Part shown: in pieces, positions 26,319 to 37,211 of the stretch
How the letters are laid out: the number at the start of each line of letters is the position of its first letter
Numbering within the stretch: position 1 is the first letter of the stretch
From: a virus
Taxonomy: Duplodnaviria > Caudoviricetes
IMG/VR virus record: IMGVR_UViG_3300037487_000323
Coordinates: 1,387 to 65,386 of that record
DNA length: 64,000 nucleotides
Strand: one strand, 5' to 3'
Notes under the pieces: generated by a model
The model's database searches: none
What the model was told of the DNA's origin: nothing
The model's input: only the letters and a program-made list of their open reading frames with translations
Made by a program: the position numbers and the translations under genes

Positions 26319-27196
26319 GCAATGACGTAAGTATTTTTAAAAATGGCGGCGCAGTTCCTTCTCACTTTAAAAACAGAGAATTAAGTGATACTACGAAAGC
26401 CCTAATGGGTGGCGGCACAAGCATACGCAGGATTTCTCTCAAAGGTAATATTTTCCGTATGAATGTAGGCGGTCAAGAAGTTGCTAAGAATGAAGACCGT
26501 GCAATGAACATTATTATTGCGGCTGCAGCCCCTAAGACTTCAAGACAGTTTTATGCAGGCACATACCAAGAGGGTGTTGCTGCGATCCCTGCATGTTGGA
26601 GTAATAACGGCGATCAACCTGACACTACATCGGAAGCCCCACAAGCGGTTAACTGTGCTAACTGCCCTCAAAACATAGCAGGGTCTGGTCAAGGTCAAAG
26701 TAGAGCATGTAGGTACGTACACAGGTTAGCAGTCATGTTAGAAAATGACGTAGCTGACGGTGAAATTTATGAGCTGTCTTTAGCTGCTACATCTTTGTTC
26801 GGTAAAGGCGAAAATAATAAGATGCCCCTGTTTCAGTACGGTAAACTGTTAGGTTCTAATGGTATGAATATCACAGACGTAGTAACTGAAATGCGTTTTG
26901 ATACAGATTCGGCAACACCTAAGATGACATTTAGAGCTGTACGTGCACTATCTGTTGATGAACTAGAGTCTATCACCGTACATGGCAACTCTATGGAGGC
27001 CAAGTCAGCAATCAAAGCATCGTACTCCCCTGTATCAAAAAAGGCAGATACTACTGAAGAGTTGACATTTGTGCAGCCCGCTGCTAAGGTAGCCTCCACT
27101 CCAGCTCAGACGGATGAACCCGTAGTAAGAGAGAAAAAATCTTCTACTCCTGTACCTTCTAGCATGGATGCAGTGCTCGCTGAATGGGCCGAATAA
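26315..27196 (+). CDS. probable ssDNA-binding/annealing protein
   Basis: Cys cluster (PACWS, CANC, RAC), flexible tail ending in acidic/aromatic EWAE; next to the primase. Confidence 0.55.
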   Translation: MSNDVSIFKNGGAVPSHFKNRELSDTTKALMGGGTSIRRISLKGNIFRMNVGGQEVAKNEDRAMNIIIAAAAPKTSRQFYAGTYQEGVAAIPACWSNNGDQPDTTSEAPQAVNCANCPQNIAGSGQGQSRACRYVHRLAVMLENDVADGEIYELSLAATSLFGKGENNKMPLFQYGKLLGSNGMNITDVVTEMRFDTDSATPKMTFRAVRALSVDELESITVHGNSMEAKSAIKASYSPVSKKADTTEELTFVQPAAKVASTPAQTDEPVVREKKSSTPVPSSMDAVLAEWAE

Positions 27197-27212
27197 TTTA
27201 ATTGCGCTCCTT

Positions 27213-27238
27213 GGGGTGGCTAGTCCACCCCTTTTTTT
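27213..27238 (+). terminator. intrinsic terminator
   Basis: GGGGTGG-CTAGT-CCACCCC followed by T7. Confidence 0.85.
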
Positions 27239-27259
27239 CCTGTAAAATTTGGTACCCTT

Positions 27260-30049
27260 ATGAATAGGCATGATTTCTTAACTACAGTATTAGCCCCAGA
27301 AGGAAAATACTGCGTAGTAGGGCTAATTGGTGGTAAACCTAGAACACATTTTTTCGATACGGTTCAAGAAATAGAAGAATGGGCAGATGCACAGCCCGCT
27401 AATGGAACAGATGCATATTTTTCTCTTGCAACATATAAAGACCTTGTTCAGGGTAGGAACGTTAAGAACGCTAAGTTATTTAAATCCCTATGGGTAGACT
27501 TAGATATAGGCAAGGGCACAGAATTTGATACTCAGATGGCAGGATTTGCTGCCTTAAGAATATTTATTAACGCTTTAGGGTTACCAGAGCCTTCTATCGT
27601 ATCTTCAGGGTACGGGTTACATGTGTACTGGACGTTTGATGAAGCCATTGACTACAATGCGTGGAAGCCTATAGCAACTGCATTAATAGCTAAACTAAAC
27701 TCAGAGAACTTTAAAGTAAAAGACAAGGGGTTAACTGGCGATGCCGTAAGAATACTACGTATTCCTGAGACTACAAACTTTAAAGGCGGTTCACAAGTAC
27801 CTGTAGAGTTATTAGTACTTAGCCCATCCGCTCCTGTTCAAGTTTATATAGATGCATTGGGCGCAAGTGGCTTATCTCCTTTAGCTTTGGTAGAACTGTC
27901 TAACTCTAGCGGTGCGGTTAATGATACGACTAAAGCCTTAATGGGTAACATAGTATACTCATTCGCTCGTATTATGAGAAAGTCTGCTAGGGGTGTAGGC
28001 TGTGCACAAATGATGCATGTGTATATAAACCAGAATGATATTACTGAACCGCATTGGAGATCAGGGCTGTCTATAGCTCAGTTTTGTGAAGATAAAGAAA
28101 CAGCTATACACAAACTATCTAATCAGCATATTGAGTATGACCCTGCAGAGACAGAAATAAAAGCGTACAAGATAAAAGGCCCACACCTATGTACTACGTT
28201 TAGTACACATGCACCAGAACTCTGTGCAAACTGCCCGCACTCAGGAAAGATAACAACCCCTTTGATGCTCGGTAAGGACATACTAGAAGCAACACCACTT
28301 GATAATATAATAACAGCACATAGCCCAGACTTAGGGACTATAGACATTGAAATCCCTGCATACCCAGAAGCCTATACTAGAGGGCCTAAAGGCGGTATAT
28401 ACATTAAAAAACCGTTAGAAGATAGTGAGGACGGAGAGTCAGAGAAGGCTCTAATATACGAAAACGACTTTTATGTAGTGGGTAGACGTACTGATCCTGA
28501 TTCAGGAGAGGTACTACACATGCGGTTAATCAGACCTTTTGATGGCGTAAGTGATTTTACCGCGCCACTAGCTACTGTATCAGCAGCAGATAAGTGTAGA
28601 GATATGTTATCCCATCATGGGATTGCCGCAGGTGCTACTCAAATGAAAGGGCTGCTAGGCTATTTAATTGCATGGACTAAACTACTGCAAAACGAATCAA
28701 AGGCAGAGCTAGTAAGAGTACAGTTTGGGTGGAATGATGGTATAGATGCATTTGTAATTGGAACACGGGAGCTATCTAAAAACGCACCCCCTAAATACAG
28801 CCCCCCATCAACAGCAACAGAAACAGTAGTGGGTATATATTCTAAGCAAGGCTCTTTAGAAGAATGGAAGAAAGTCGCAGATAACTATGCAGCACCGGGA
28901 AATGAAGTAAGAGCATTCTCATTGTTCCTAAGTTTAGGCGCACCGATGTTTAAGTTCTTTTCTTTAGGAGGTGCGATACTGCATCTCACTAATGCATCTT
29001 CAGGTGTGGGTAAGTCTACTATTCAGATGGTAGCTAACAGCGTATGGGGTCATCCTATCCAATCAATGTTAGTTAAAGATGATACTACGTTGTCGAAGTA
29101 TCACCGCATGGGTGTAGTGCAGAACATGATTATGTGTATTGACGAGTTAACAAACTTACCTTCTGAAGAGATAAGTAACTTAGCCTTTGGCGCTACTAAT
29201 GGTCGTGGTAAGAATCGTATGAGTGCATCAAGTAACTCTGAGCGAATTAACAATACTACGTGGGCACTGCCTTGTATTACCTCTGGAAACAATAGCCTGC
29301 ATGAAGTTCTACAAGCACTAAAGGCAGACCCAGAAGGCGAGATATTACGTGTATTAGAGTTAGAAGTATTGAAGAGTGACACCCTAACAAAGCAACAATC
29401 AGATCAGATATTTTCTAGGGATATGGTAGATAATTATGGTCATGCGGGTGAAGCTATGATGCAGTTTGTACTTGATAACCATGACGACTGCCTTAACGAG
29501 TTGTATGCAATACAGCTAGAGTTTGATAAAGCGGCGAGCCTACAGCAGCGAGACAGATATTACTCAGCCTTGTGCGCTACTGCTATTTGGGGTGGGAGAC
29601 TAGCTAATAAATTAGGCTTAGTTGATATTCCAGTAGAGCCTGTATTTAAGTACCTAGTAAGCAAAGTAGGCCGTACGCAAGAAGGAACATCAGGGCAGGA
29701 AGAAAAAGCAGCTGCACATCTAGGGCTTTTTATGTCAGAGAATATACAGAACCAGTTGATTATAAATAAAGCTCCCCCTGCAATAGAGGGTATGTTAAGT
29801 GTTCCTATAGAATCTCCTCGCGGTGCACTAGTGATACGCAGGGAACCTGATACTCAACGAGCCTTTATTATATCTAGTGTATTAAAATCTTGGTGTGCTA
29901 GGAAACAAATATCTTTCTCGTGTATGGTAGCCGACTTAAAATCTACAGGTATACTAATAGATGTGTACCGTGTTCGTATGTCAGCAGGTACAGTACAAGA
30001 TAGTCCTGCAGTTTTAGCATTGGTATTAGATGCTACTAAAATGCATTAA
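27260..30049 (+). CDS. primase-helicase (AEP-like N-terminus, DUF927-like P-loop C-terminus)
   Basis: WVDLD, SSGYGLHVYW, RILRIP, Cys cluster, Walker A SGVGKST, Walker B CIDE. Confidence 0.85.
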   Translation: MNRHDFLTTVLAPEGKYCVVGLIGGKPRTHFFDTVQEIEEWADAQPANGTDAYFSLATYKDLVQGRNVKNAKLFKSLWVDLDIGKGTEFDTQMAGFAALRIFINALGLPEPSIVSSGYGLHVYWTFDEAIDYNAWKPIATALIAKLNSENFKVKDKGLTGDAVRILRIPETTNFKGGSQVPVELLVLSPSAPVQVYIDALGASGLSPLALVELSNSSGAVNDTTKALMGNIVYSFARIMRKSARGVGCAQMMHVYINQNDITEPHWRSGLSIAQFCEDKETAIHKLSNQHIEYDPAETEIKAYKIKGPHLCTTFSTHAPELCANCPHSGKITTPLMLGKDILEATPLDNIITAHSPDLGTIDIEIPAYPEAYTRGPKGGIYIKKPLEDSEDGESEKALIYENDFYVVGRRTDPDSGEVLHMRLIRPFDGVSDFTAPLATVSAADKCRDMLSHHGIAAGATQMKGLLGYLIAWTKLLQNESKAELVRVQFGWNDGIDAFVIGTRELSKNAPPKYSPPSTATETVVGIYSKQGSLEEWKKVADNYAAPGNEVRAFSLFLSLGAPMFKFFSLGGAILHLTNASSGVGKSTIQMVANSVWGHPIQSMLVKDDTTLSKYHRMGVVQNMIMCIDELTNLPSEEISNLAFGATNGRGKNRMSASSNSERINNTTWALPCITSGNNSLHEVLQALKADPEGEILRVLELEVLKSDTLTKQQSDQIFSRDMVDNYGHAGEAMMQFVLDNHDDCLNELYAIQLEFDKAASLQQRDRYYSALCATAIWGGRLANKLGLVDIPVEPVFKYLVSKVGRTQEGTSGQEEKAAAHLGLFMSENIQNQLIINKAPPAIEGMLSVPIESPRGALVIRREPDTQRAFIISSVLKSWCARKQISFSCMVADLKSTGILIDVYRVRMSAGTVQDSPAVLALVLDATKMH

Positions 30050-30050
30050 T

Positions 30051-30078
30051 AAAAGAGGGGGCTTTTACGCCCCCTTAT
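30051..30078. terminator. terminator between the convergent arms
   Basis: AGGGGGC-TTTTAC-GCCCCCT with an upstream A tract. Confidence 0.7.
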
Positions 30079-30080
30079 GT

Positions 30081-33000
30081 TTACCTCGGATAAAACGTAT
30101 CTCTGTTTAACCTGCGCACCTCAGATAAAATATTTTTTTCCTGTTGGTCTAAGCTCCTTAACCGCTCTGCTTTTCGTCTAGCACTAAGGGTTTCATCTGC
30201 ATGTGTACGAGTTACTTCTTTTCTAACTTTACCTAAAGATTTTTCTATAGAAGTTATAGCCCCTTGTGCCTGCATCATAGGTAAATGTTTAACCCTATAG
30301 TCTTCTGCATGTGCTGGGTCTGTAATTAGCATTCGTTTATAGGTTCCATATACGCCCTCAACGCCTTCCTTCCAGTTAGCTAATATCTCTCTTAAAGCAC
30401 TTTGTTTTTTCTCAGATAAAAATTTACCTGCTCCGGGAACTAGCCGTACATTTTCTTTAGTAGTTCTTTCAGCATGTTGGTTCCCACCAAAGTATTTCTC
30501 TTTAGCAAGATCAGTTGTAGATAATATAAAAGTACCTAGAAACCCTGAATAGCCTTTAACTAGGTAGTCAAACCTAATACCTGAAAGTCCTAAGTGTTCT
30601 CCTACCCATTTTCCAAGGTTTGATGTTGTATCAGGATTATATTGTTGTGCAGCATCTAAGGGTAAAAGCTCAGAACCTAAAATAGGTTTTCCTGTAAGGG
30701 AGTTTTTATCAGTTATTACATCATACAAAGGTTTAATAGCATTTATATTTAAAGGGTTAAAGTTACCTAATGAGGCAATAACAGCGGCTTGAATAGCTAT
30801 CTTTGTATCTCTAGGAGTATTTGAATTTTCTTTTACTAGAGAGTCATATATGTACCTAGTAATTACTATAGGCAGAGTATTTATACTAGGACGAATAGGT
30901 AATGCTACATCTGACTTAGTACCAAAGATATATAGTTTAGTATCTTTGTCTTTATTAGAGATATCATCATCGTCATCAGTACCTGCTAACATATTATATA
31001 GAAGACTAAAAGCAGCAAACTGAACCCCTGTACTAACTAAGGTAGCTAAAGCTCTTTTTCTTTCTATAGGTGCAATACCCGTTCCATTTAAAGTCCTCAG
31101 TGCAATATTAGTTACTTGGAGGTATGCACCAAAAAAGGCCACACTCTGTCTAGCTGCAGTTATACCTGCACTAGCTCCCTTCCTTCTAAAGTTGATAATC
31201 TCAAAAGCTCTTTCTGAAGCAAGACGTTCATTCTTTGTCTCCGCCATAGTACGTGCATATACAGCTTGTCTAATAGCGTTATCCCCTATAGAAGAGAAAT
31301 GTGCTAAGTTATATCTAAGCCGACTCCACCACCCAGATTTAGTATCTGATATAGGTGCTTCCCAGTATGTAGCTTCTTTGTCCCCTGATTGAGATATAAA
31401 CTCTTCCCCTGCTGCACCGATTGCTTTTAGGGCAGTTCTAGCTTTAGTTTCAGGAATGTACCTAGAAACCGCTTTAGGAGTAAAAAACCCTTCCCTAGCA
31501 AACGTCAACGCAAACTCTTTAGTTACATAGGGGATCAGTGCCACTGGGTTTCTTAAGTTTGACGTTACCATAGCATCTATAGTGTCATCGTGTAATTGAG
31601 CTAGAGTAAACAAAGGATCGAGTACAATGGTAGCTCTTAAAAACTTAGACACAGGAGCAAAAACCATTTTTATAATAGCAGATTTAACGGTTTCGCCCCC
31701 TTTAAAAGCAGGGATAAATAAAGGGTCTTTAAGGTTATAAAACTCTTTAATCCCTGAACGATATATAGGAATTACATTAAGGCCGTCTTTACCACTAGCT
31801 ACTTGCTCTACTTCTCCGTTAGGTAAGAAAGCGCGAGCAGCATCAACCATCATTCTAGCTTTTTGAACTCGCATAGCCATAACACTAGTGTTAACCATAA
31901 AAGAATGGATGTTACTTATAACATCAACTGCTCGCTCACTACCTTTAAATGCATGTAAAGCTGTACCAGTAACAACACCATGCCCTCCATTAAACATAGA
32001 CTCAAAAGCTGCATCAGGATCAACAGTCTCCATTATCCTGTTTAGAGGTACATAAGATACAAACCCCATGTAATTATTAGCTTGTGTTTTAGTAACCCTT
32101 CCTGAAGACACTAGTAAATCAACCATCTGTTTACGTATATGGTTCCATGTATCTATAGGGCCATTAGGAGCAAAGAACTCAGGAGTAGTAGTACGAGCAT
32201 CACCTACAATAGCGTTTGCCTGAACTTCTGTAATACCTTGTGTTTTTGCTATTTCGGGCTTTAGCACATTATTTTTAAAGTATGATCGCGCCCGTTTCTC
32301 TGCAGGAGTTGTATCAGGCATAGAGGCTAAATCAGCTTCATACCCCTTAACTATGTCAAATATTTCTAACATGCGTCTAGCTACCATAAGCTTATTAAAA
32401 CGCTCCCGAACTTTACCCTCTGTGTCCGTGTGTACTTTTGCTATGTCTACTAACGATTGTTTTAAAGAATCAATATTATGCTTAGAAGCTTCAATAGAGA
32501 ACTTACCTATATCATCTCTATACTTAATATACCCTATATGCGAAGCCTGTTCCGCTAAGAATAATTCATGGGCTGCTTGAGAGGACTCTACTTCTACAAT
32601 AACTTTTTCAATGTCTTTCATAGAAATCCCTTGTGCTCGCATGTTCCTTCTTATCTGATTAACAAACCTAGCATTTTCCCGCATTACATAAGTCTCTATT
32701 AAATCTAAAGTCTTAGGTAAGACACTAGTCCCTTTTTCTGAAGTACCCCATATAGATTCTAATAAAGATTTCTTTGTAGGTGTTACTCTTTTAGCTTTCT
32801 CATCCTGAGTATATTGGGCAGACTCAGCAGATTCTAAGGGTAAGGAGTAACGTATATCATCATTTTCAGCAGAAAACGCACCTGTGTTACCAGACTCAGG
32901 AGTAAATACAGTACCTTCTAAAGAGTTCAACCAAGTATGCATAGTTTGCGTAGGTAAGAAATCTCTATTTTGTAAAAAGAATCTCTTTAATGCTTGACCT

Positions 33001-36000
33001 AATCTTTGGAAAAACTTTTCTACTACTGACAAAGGTTTGTCTGATGTTGTAGCCCATCGAGCCACTTGATCTGCAAACCATTCTGACTTTGAACTCCAAT
33101 AAGAGGTTAGTTTATCAGAAAGCATACCTTCTGAAACTTTTGTGGCTTTTGCAGTACTACGAGCACGGAGACTATCTATGTGTTCCCTTGCAGTTTTGCC
33201 TTTAGTAGATGTTAACCATGTTTTATAATCTGCATCAATAGCTGCTTTAACTTCAGGACTAGCAGACTCATACATAGTTTTTTCTAGCACATGCCCCATC
33301 TCGTGAGATAGTATCTCTAAAGTATAAGAGAGTTTATTAGGGGTATAAGCTATAACATAGTCCCCGTTAGCTAGTTTTCTAGCAGACCCTTGTTCTAAAT
33401 TCAACCCTTGATGTGAAGCGACAGTAGCAAAAGGGCCATGAAAGTCACTAGTTGCGGCATCCGCTAGAGTGGTAATGTATATACGTTCTGAAATCCCTAG
33501 CATCTTTTTCCATTCGTTTATTACCCCACGAATACTATCAGGTACTTGGTCAGAAAAAGCTGTAGTTTCCCCTGAGCTAAAGGGCCCATTAGGGTTAGCT
33601 TCATGTAAAGCAGTATCTGCAGATAGCCATTCTTTTTTAGCTTTTACTAATTCCGCTTTTTCTTCTACTGAAAACAACTCCCCTGTATACCGCTCTATAT
33701 CAAGACTAGTTATAGAGGTGTCAGTAGCCCCCATAAATACAGGAGCCCCACTAACCACACTACTCCCTTTTACTAAAGCCGTATTACCTTTAACATAAAC
33801 TATTGTGCCCCCTTTCATCTTAGCTGCATTTTGTGCCCACTGAGGAGGGTTTTCTACTTTAGGTTTAACTATTTCTTTTTTAACTTTAACCTCTTTAACT
33901 GCAGCTGCTTTCTTAGCTTTAGCTTCAGCTCTCTTCTTAGCCGCTATTTCTCTTTTCTCTTTAGCTACCTGTTCTGCTGCTGCATGTTCTGCTGCTATTC
34001 GGTCTGCCTCTACTTTAGCTGCAGCTTTCTCTTCTTTCTTCCTAGCAGCATTTTCTTTAGCTTGAGCTTTAGCTAAATCTTTAGTTTTCTTTAAGAGTGT
34101 TTGTGCTTCTTTTTCAGCAAGTAGCTCATGTACCCTAACATCTTGTTCACCTTGTTCTGATATAATATCTTCTGGGTGGCTCTCTCTTACGCCTTTTAAT
34201 TCGGCAGTGATAGCAGCATCAAGTTTACGGGCGGCTATTACCTTAGCATTTAAGTCTGCTAATGTAGGTGCTGCTTTACCTGTTATAGTAGGTTTGTTTT
34301 GTGCTTGTTCATTAAGCCTACGTATTTCTCTTGCAACGGCCCTCTTCTCCTCAGCAAGTCTTTCAATTTCAGCTTTCTTAGCTTCTATATTTGCACGTAA
34401 TACATCTGCTGCTTGCTGTCTTCTCTCAACCCCAGTTAAGCCTTTCTCTTTTATAGGAGTAGCTTTAGTTGTCTTAGCACCAAACACTGTGTGAGGTATT
34501 AGCTTTGTAGGGGTTACTGGAGTAGTTAGTGTAGTCTCCCTACCTGTTTGTAAGTCTGTGTTGACCGCTTGCATAAGCTCTGTAAGAGGGGCATCATTAT
34601 CGTACTTTTTAAGCTGTGCCGCAGATATTAGTCCTTGGGCAACTAAGCTCTTCATAAAAGGCCGAGCAGCCCCTTTACTACCCCCCTCTGCTAGTACACT
34701 TGCACGTTCTAGTGCGCTGTCATAAGCTGTTACTTTAGCCTCATCTATTTGTATAGGTTCGGAGGATTTTACTTCTTTTACTACTGGCGCTTTTACTTCT
34801 TCTACTGGTGCTTTTACTTCTTCTTCTACTGGCGCAACTTCAGCTTTAACCTTCTTAACTTTCGGTGCTTTTACTTCTTCTACTGGCGCAACTTCAGCTT
34901 TAACCTTCTTAACTCTTGGTGCTTTTGCCGCAGGCGTAGTAGTAGTAGTAGGCTCTACTATAGGTGCTTTTACTTCTTCTATTACTGGTGCTTTTACTGG
35001 GGGGTTAACCCTGTTCATTAAATTAGTGTGTGCTAAATCAAAATACTCATTATTAGTAAAATCCCCACTACCTAAATTACCCTCTTCAAACCAATGTTCG
35101 TATAAAGCCTTTTTTTCTTTAGCAGAAAGTAAACCACTAAACATTTTATTAAACTGTTTTTTTACTCTAGGCATAGTTTTACTCTGCCCATACATAGCGT
35201 CTTCTTCTTGTGCTTGGTGATACCCTTCTTGTAAATTAACAACAGCATTAAATAACTGGTTAGACACCTCAGCAGATTTTAGTTCTCTATCTCGTGCTTG
35301 AGCTACTACTGGCGCTTTTACTTCTTCTACTGGTGCTTTTACTTCTACTACTGGTGCTTTTACTTCTTCTACTGGTGCTTGTTCTTCAGTTGATTGCTCT
35401 TGTTCAGGAAGTCTAGCACGTAGCTCTGCTAAGTTTTTTTCAAACTGAGCAGTTTTTTTAGTATTAAGCCCTGCATACTTAGATTCATTATAGGCTTCTT
35501 CAATATTATCTAACCCTTCTGCAGTATTGAAATCCTGATCTAGCATAGTCCTATGCAATTTACTTTCTTTACCTGACTTGCTATTAGTTCTTTTTACGCC
35601 CCATGAATCTATTATGCCGCTCTTAGCAAGCTCTATATTTTCTAACTCTATTGCTTTTTGCTTAGCTAAAGACTCTTCACCTTTTTTAGTTAGAGTCTCA
35701 CCACTCTGGTCACTTGGAGCTACTATTGCACTCCCCCCACCTACTAAAGAACCTAACATACCGCCTTTAATAGCATCATTAGGTACCCCATCAAGTAATC
35801 CTTTAGGGTTATCTGTAGCAACGTTATTCCATATTCTTTCTACTGCTGACTGGGAGGCTTCTTCAACACCTTCACCTAACATAGAAGTAAGAACCCTTCT
35901 AATAGCACCTATATCTGCTTGTACAGGAGTCTCAAGCGCCCTTCTAAGACCTCCCACAAACAGTGTATCTGGGTCTATACCGCCTAACTTCTCAGTTAAT

Positions 36001-37211
36001 ATGCTACCGTACTTACTTAATACACCTGTTGTAACACCTGCACCTATTGCAGATAGCCCTTGTTTTAAATGTAGTTTTCCTTCAGGGTCAGCATTTCTAT
36101 AGTCTTCAGCTGTTTGAGCTGCAGTTAACCCACCCTCAGCAGCACCCAATGCAGTTGATGCTCCTACGCCTAAACCTTTAAGCCCTGAAGCTACTGCACC
36201 TATACCCATCATAGCAGGGAGGGTTTTTAATACTTCACCGCCAACTGCATTAGGAGCAGTCATAAGGGTTTTAAGGTGATCGGCTACCCCCTCGGCATCT
36301 TGCCATACTTTTTGTTCTGCTTTATATTCAGGTGAATACCCCTCCTCTACCTTCTTCTGCATGTTATTAACATTAAGCCCGTGCTCAGAAAGATATTTTC
36401 CAGACTCTCCTCCAGAAACTAGATCACTAAGCCCAATCGCTGCTTTTGGAATTTCTAAAACCCCCTGTCCTACAGCTTTACCTGTATCCCCAAACCCTAG
36501 TATAGATTCACCTACACCTTGTATAAACTTACCGGGGCCATACTTAGCTTTGTAGTTTAGAGTATCTTGTTGTTCTTGAGTAAGAGCTTTATCCCCTTGC
36601 GGTTGTGTCTCTACAGGCTGGGCAGACTGCACCTTTACAGGTTCAGGCGTAAGCCCATCTTTTGCCATTCTGTCTTCATACTCTGCTCTAAACATACTAG
36701 CTTCTTCTGGAGTATAGCTAAGTTCAGATTTAGCACTAGAGGCTGAAGCTTCTTGAGGTTGTGGCTCTACTCCTTTAGCTTTCATCTTACCTTCATACTC
36801 AGCCCTGAACATACGAGCTTCTTCTGGGGTATAGCCTACGTCTTCTTGTTCGTTCTTAATACCTAACTGCTTATTAAACTTTTCTATGTAGTGTTCAGTT
36901 TCTTTATAAGGAGGGATACCATTGTGTTTATCTACCGCACCCGCACCTGCATTATAAGCAGCAGCAGTTAAATCTAAGTCCCCTGAGTATTTATTAAATA
37001 AGGCTTGTAGTAAATCTACCCCTACGCGGTCAAACTCTGCTACAGAGTTATTTTTTGCAGGTGTAATCCCATACCCCGGCTTATAGGCTGTAGCAGGCAT
37101 GACCTGCATTGAACCCCTAGCTCCTTTACTAGAGACTGCATTTTGTTTACCTGCTGACTCAATATACCTAATAGCGTCAACTGCTTCTGGGGGAATAGTA
37201 TACTTAGCCAC
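30081..37211 (-). CDS. giant internal virion (ejection) polyvalent protein: lytic transglycosylase, zincin-like domain, LPD38-like C-terminus
   Basis: IESAG/GARGSMQVMP/AAYNAG transglycosylase motifs; LSHEMGH...EWFAD; PVEEVKA repeats. Confidence 0.85.
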   Translation of the reverse strand: MAKYTIPPEAVDAIRYIESAGKQNAVSSKGARGSMQVMPATAYKPGYGITPAKNNSVAEFDRVGVDLLQALFNKYSGDLDLTAAAYNAGAGAVDKHNGIPPYKETEHYIEKFNKQLGIKNEQEDVGYTPEEARMFRAEYEGKMKAKGVEPQPQEASASSAKSELSYTPEEASMFRAEYEDRMAKDGLTPEPVKVQSAQPVETQPQGDKALTQEQQDTLNYKAKYGPGKFIQGVGESILGFGDTGKAVGQGVLEIPKAAIGLSDLVSGGESGKYLSEHGLNVNNMQKKVEEGYSPEYKAEQKVWQDAEGVADHLKTLMTAPNAVGGEVLKTLPAMMGIGAVASGLKGLGVGASTALGAAEGGLTAAQTAEDYRNADPEGKLHLKQGLSAIGAGVTTGVLSKYGSILTEKLGGIDPDTLFVGGLRRALETPVQADIGAIRRVLTSMLGEGVEEASQSAVERIWNNVATDNPKGLLDGVPNDAIKGGMLGSLVGGGSAIVAPSDQSGETLTKKGEESLAKQKAIELENIELAKSGIIDSWGVKRTNSKSGKESKLHRTMLDQDFNTAEGLDNIEEAYNESKYAGLNTKKTAQFEKNLAELRARLPEQEQSTEEQAPVEEVKAPVVEVKAPVEEVKAPVVAQARDRELKSAEVSNQLFNAVVNLQEGYHQAQEEDAMYGQSKTMPRVKKQFNKMFSGLLSAKEKKALYEHWFEEGNLGSGDFTNNEYFDLAHTNLMNRVNPPVKAPVIEEVKAPIVEPTTTTTPAAKAPRVKKVKAEVAPVEEVKAPKVKKVKAEVAPVEEEVKAPVEEVKAPVVKEVKSSEPIQIDEAKVTAYDSALERASVLAEGGSKGAARPFMKSLVAQGLISAAQLKKYDNDAPLTELMQAVNTDLQTGRETTLTTPVTPTKLIPHTVFGAKTTKATPIKEKGLTGVERRQQAADVLRANIEAKKAEIERLAEEKRAVAREIRRLNEQAQNKPTITGKAAPTLADLNAKVIAARKLDAAITAELKGVRESHPEDIISEQGEQDVRVHELLAEKEAQTLLKKTKDLAKAQAKENAARKKEEKAAAKVEADRIAAEHAAAEQVAKEKREIAAKKRAEAKAKKAAAVKEVKVKKEIVKPKVENPPQWAQNAAKMKGGTIVYVKGNTALVKGSSVVSGAPVFMGATDTSITSLDIERYTGELFSVEEKAELVKAKKEWLSADTALHEANPNGPFSSGETTAFSDQVPDSIRGVINEWKKMLGISERIYITTLADAATSDFHGPFATVASHQGLNLEQGSARKLANGDYVIAYTPNKLSYTLEILSHEMGHVLEKTMYESASPEVKAAIDADYKTWLTSTKGKTAREHIDSLRARSTAKATKVSEGMLSDKLTSYWSSKSEWFADQVARWATTSDKPLSVVEKFFQRLGQALKRFFLQNRDFLPTQTMHTWLNSLEGTVFTPESGNTGAFSAENDDIRYSLPLESAESAQYTQDEKAKRVTPTKKSLLESIWGTSEKGTSVLPKTLDLIETYVMRENARFVNQIRRNMRAQGISMKDIEKVIVEVESSQAAHELFLAEQASHIGYIKYRDDIGKFSIEASKHNIDSLKQSLVDIAKVHTDTEGKVRERFNKLMVARRMLEIFDIVKGYEADLASMPDTTPAEKRARSYFKNNVLKPEIAKTQGITEVQANAIVGDARTTTPEFFAPNGPIDTWNHIRKQMVDLLVSSGRVTKTQANNYMGFVSYVPLNRIMETVDPDAAFESMFNGGHGVVTGTALHAFKGSERAVDVISNIHSFMVNTSVMAMRVQKARMMVDAARAFLPNGEVEQVASGKDGLNVIPIYRSGIKEFYNLKDPLFIPAFKGGETVKSAIIKMVFAPVSKFLRATIVLDPLFTLAQLHDDTIDAMVTSNLRNPVALIPYVTKEFALTFAREGFFTPKAVSRYIPETKARTALKAIGAAGEEFISQSGDKEATYWEAPISDTKSGWWSRLRYNLAHFSSIGDNAIRQAVYARTMAETKNERLASERAFEIINFRRKGASAGITAARQSVAFFGAYLQVTNIALRTLNGTGIAPIERKRALATLVSTGVQFAAFSLLYNMLAGTDDDDDISNKDKDTKLYIFGTKSDVALPIRPSINTLPIVITRYIYDSLVKENSNTPRDTKIAIQAAVIASLGNFNPLNINAIKPLYDVITDKNSLTGKPILGSELLPLDAAQQYNPDTTSNLGKWVGEHLGLSGIRFDYLVKGYSGFLGTFILSTTDLAKEKYFGGNQHAERTTKENVRLVPGAGKFLSEKKQSALREILANWKEGVEGVYGTYKRMLITDPAHAEDYRVKHLPMMQAQGAITSIEKSLGKVRKEVTRTHADETLSARRKAERLRSLDQQEKNILSEVRRLNRDTFYPR

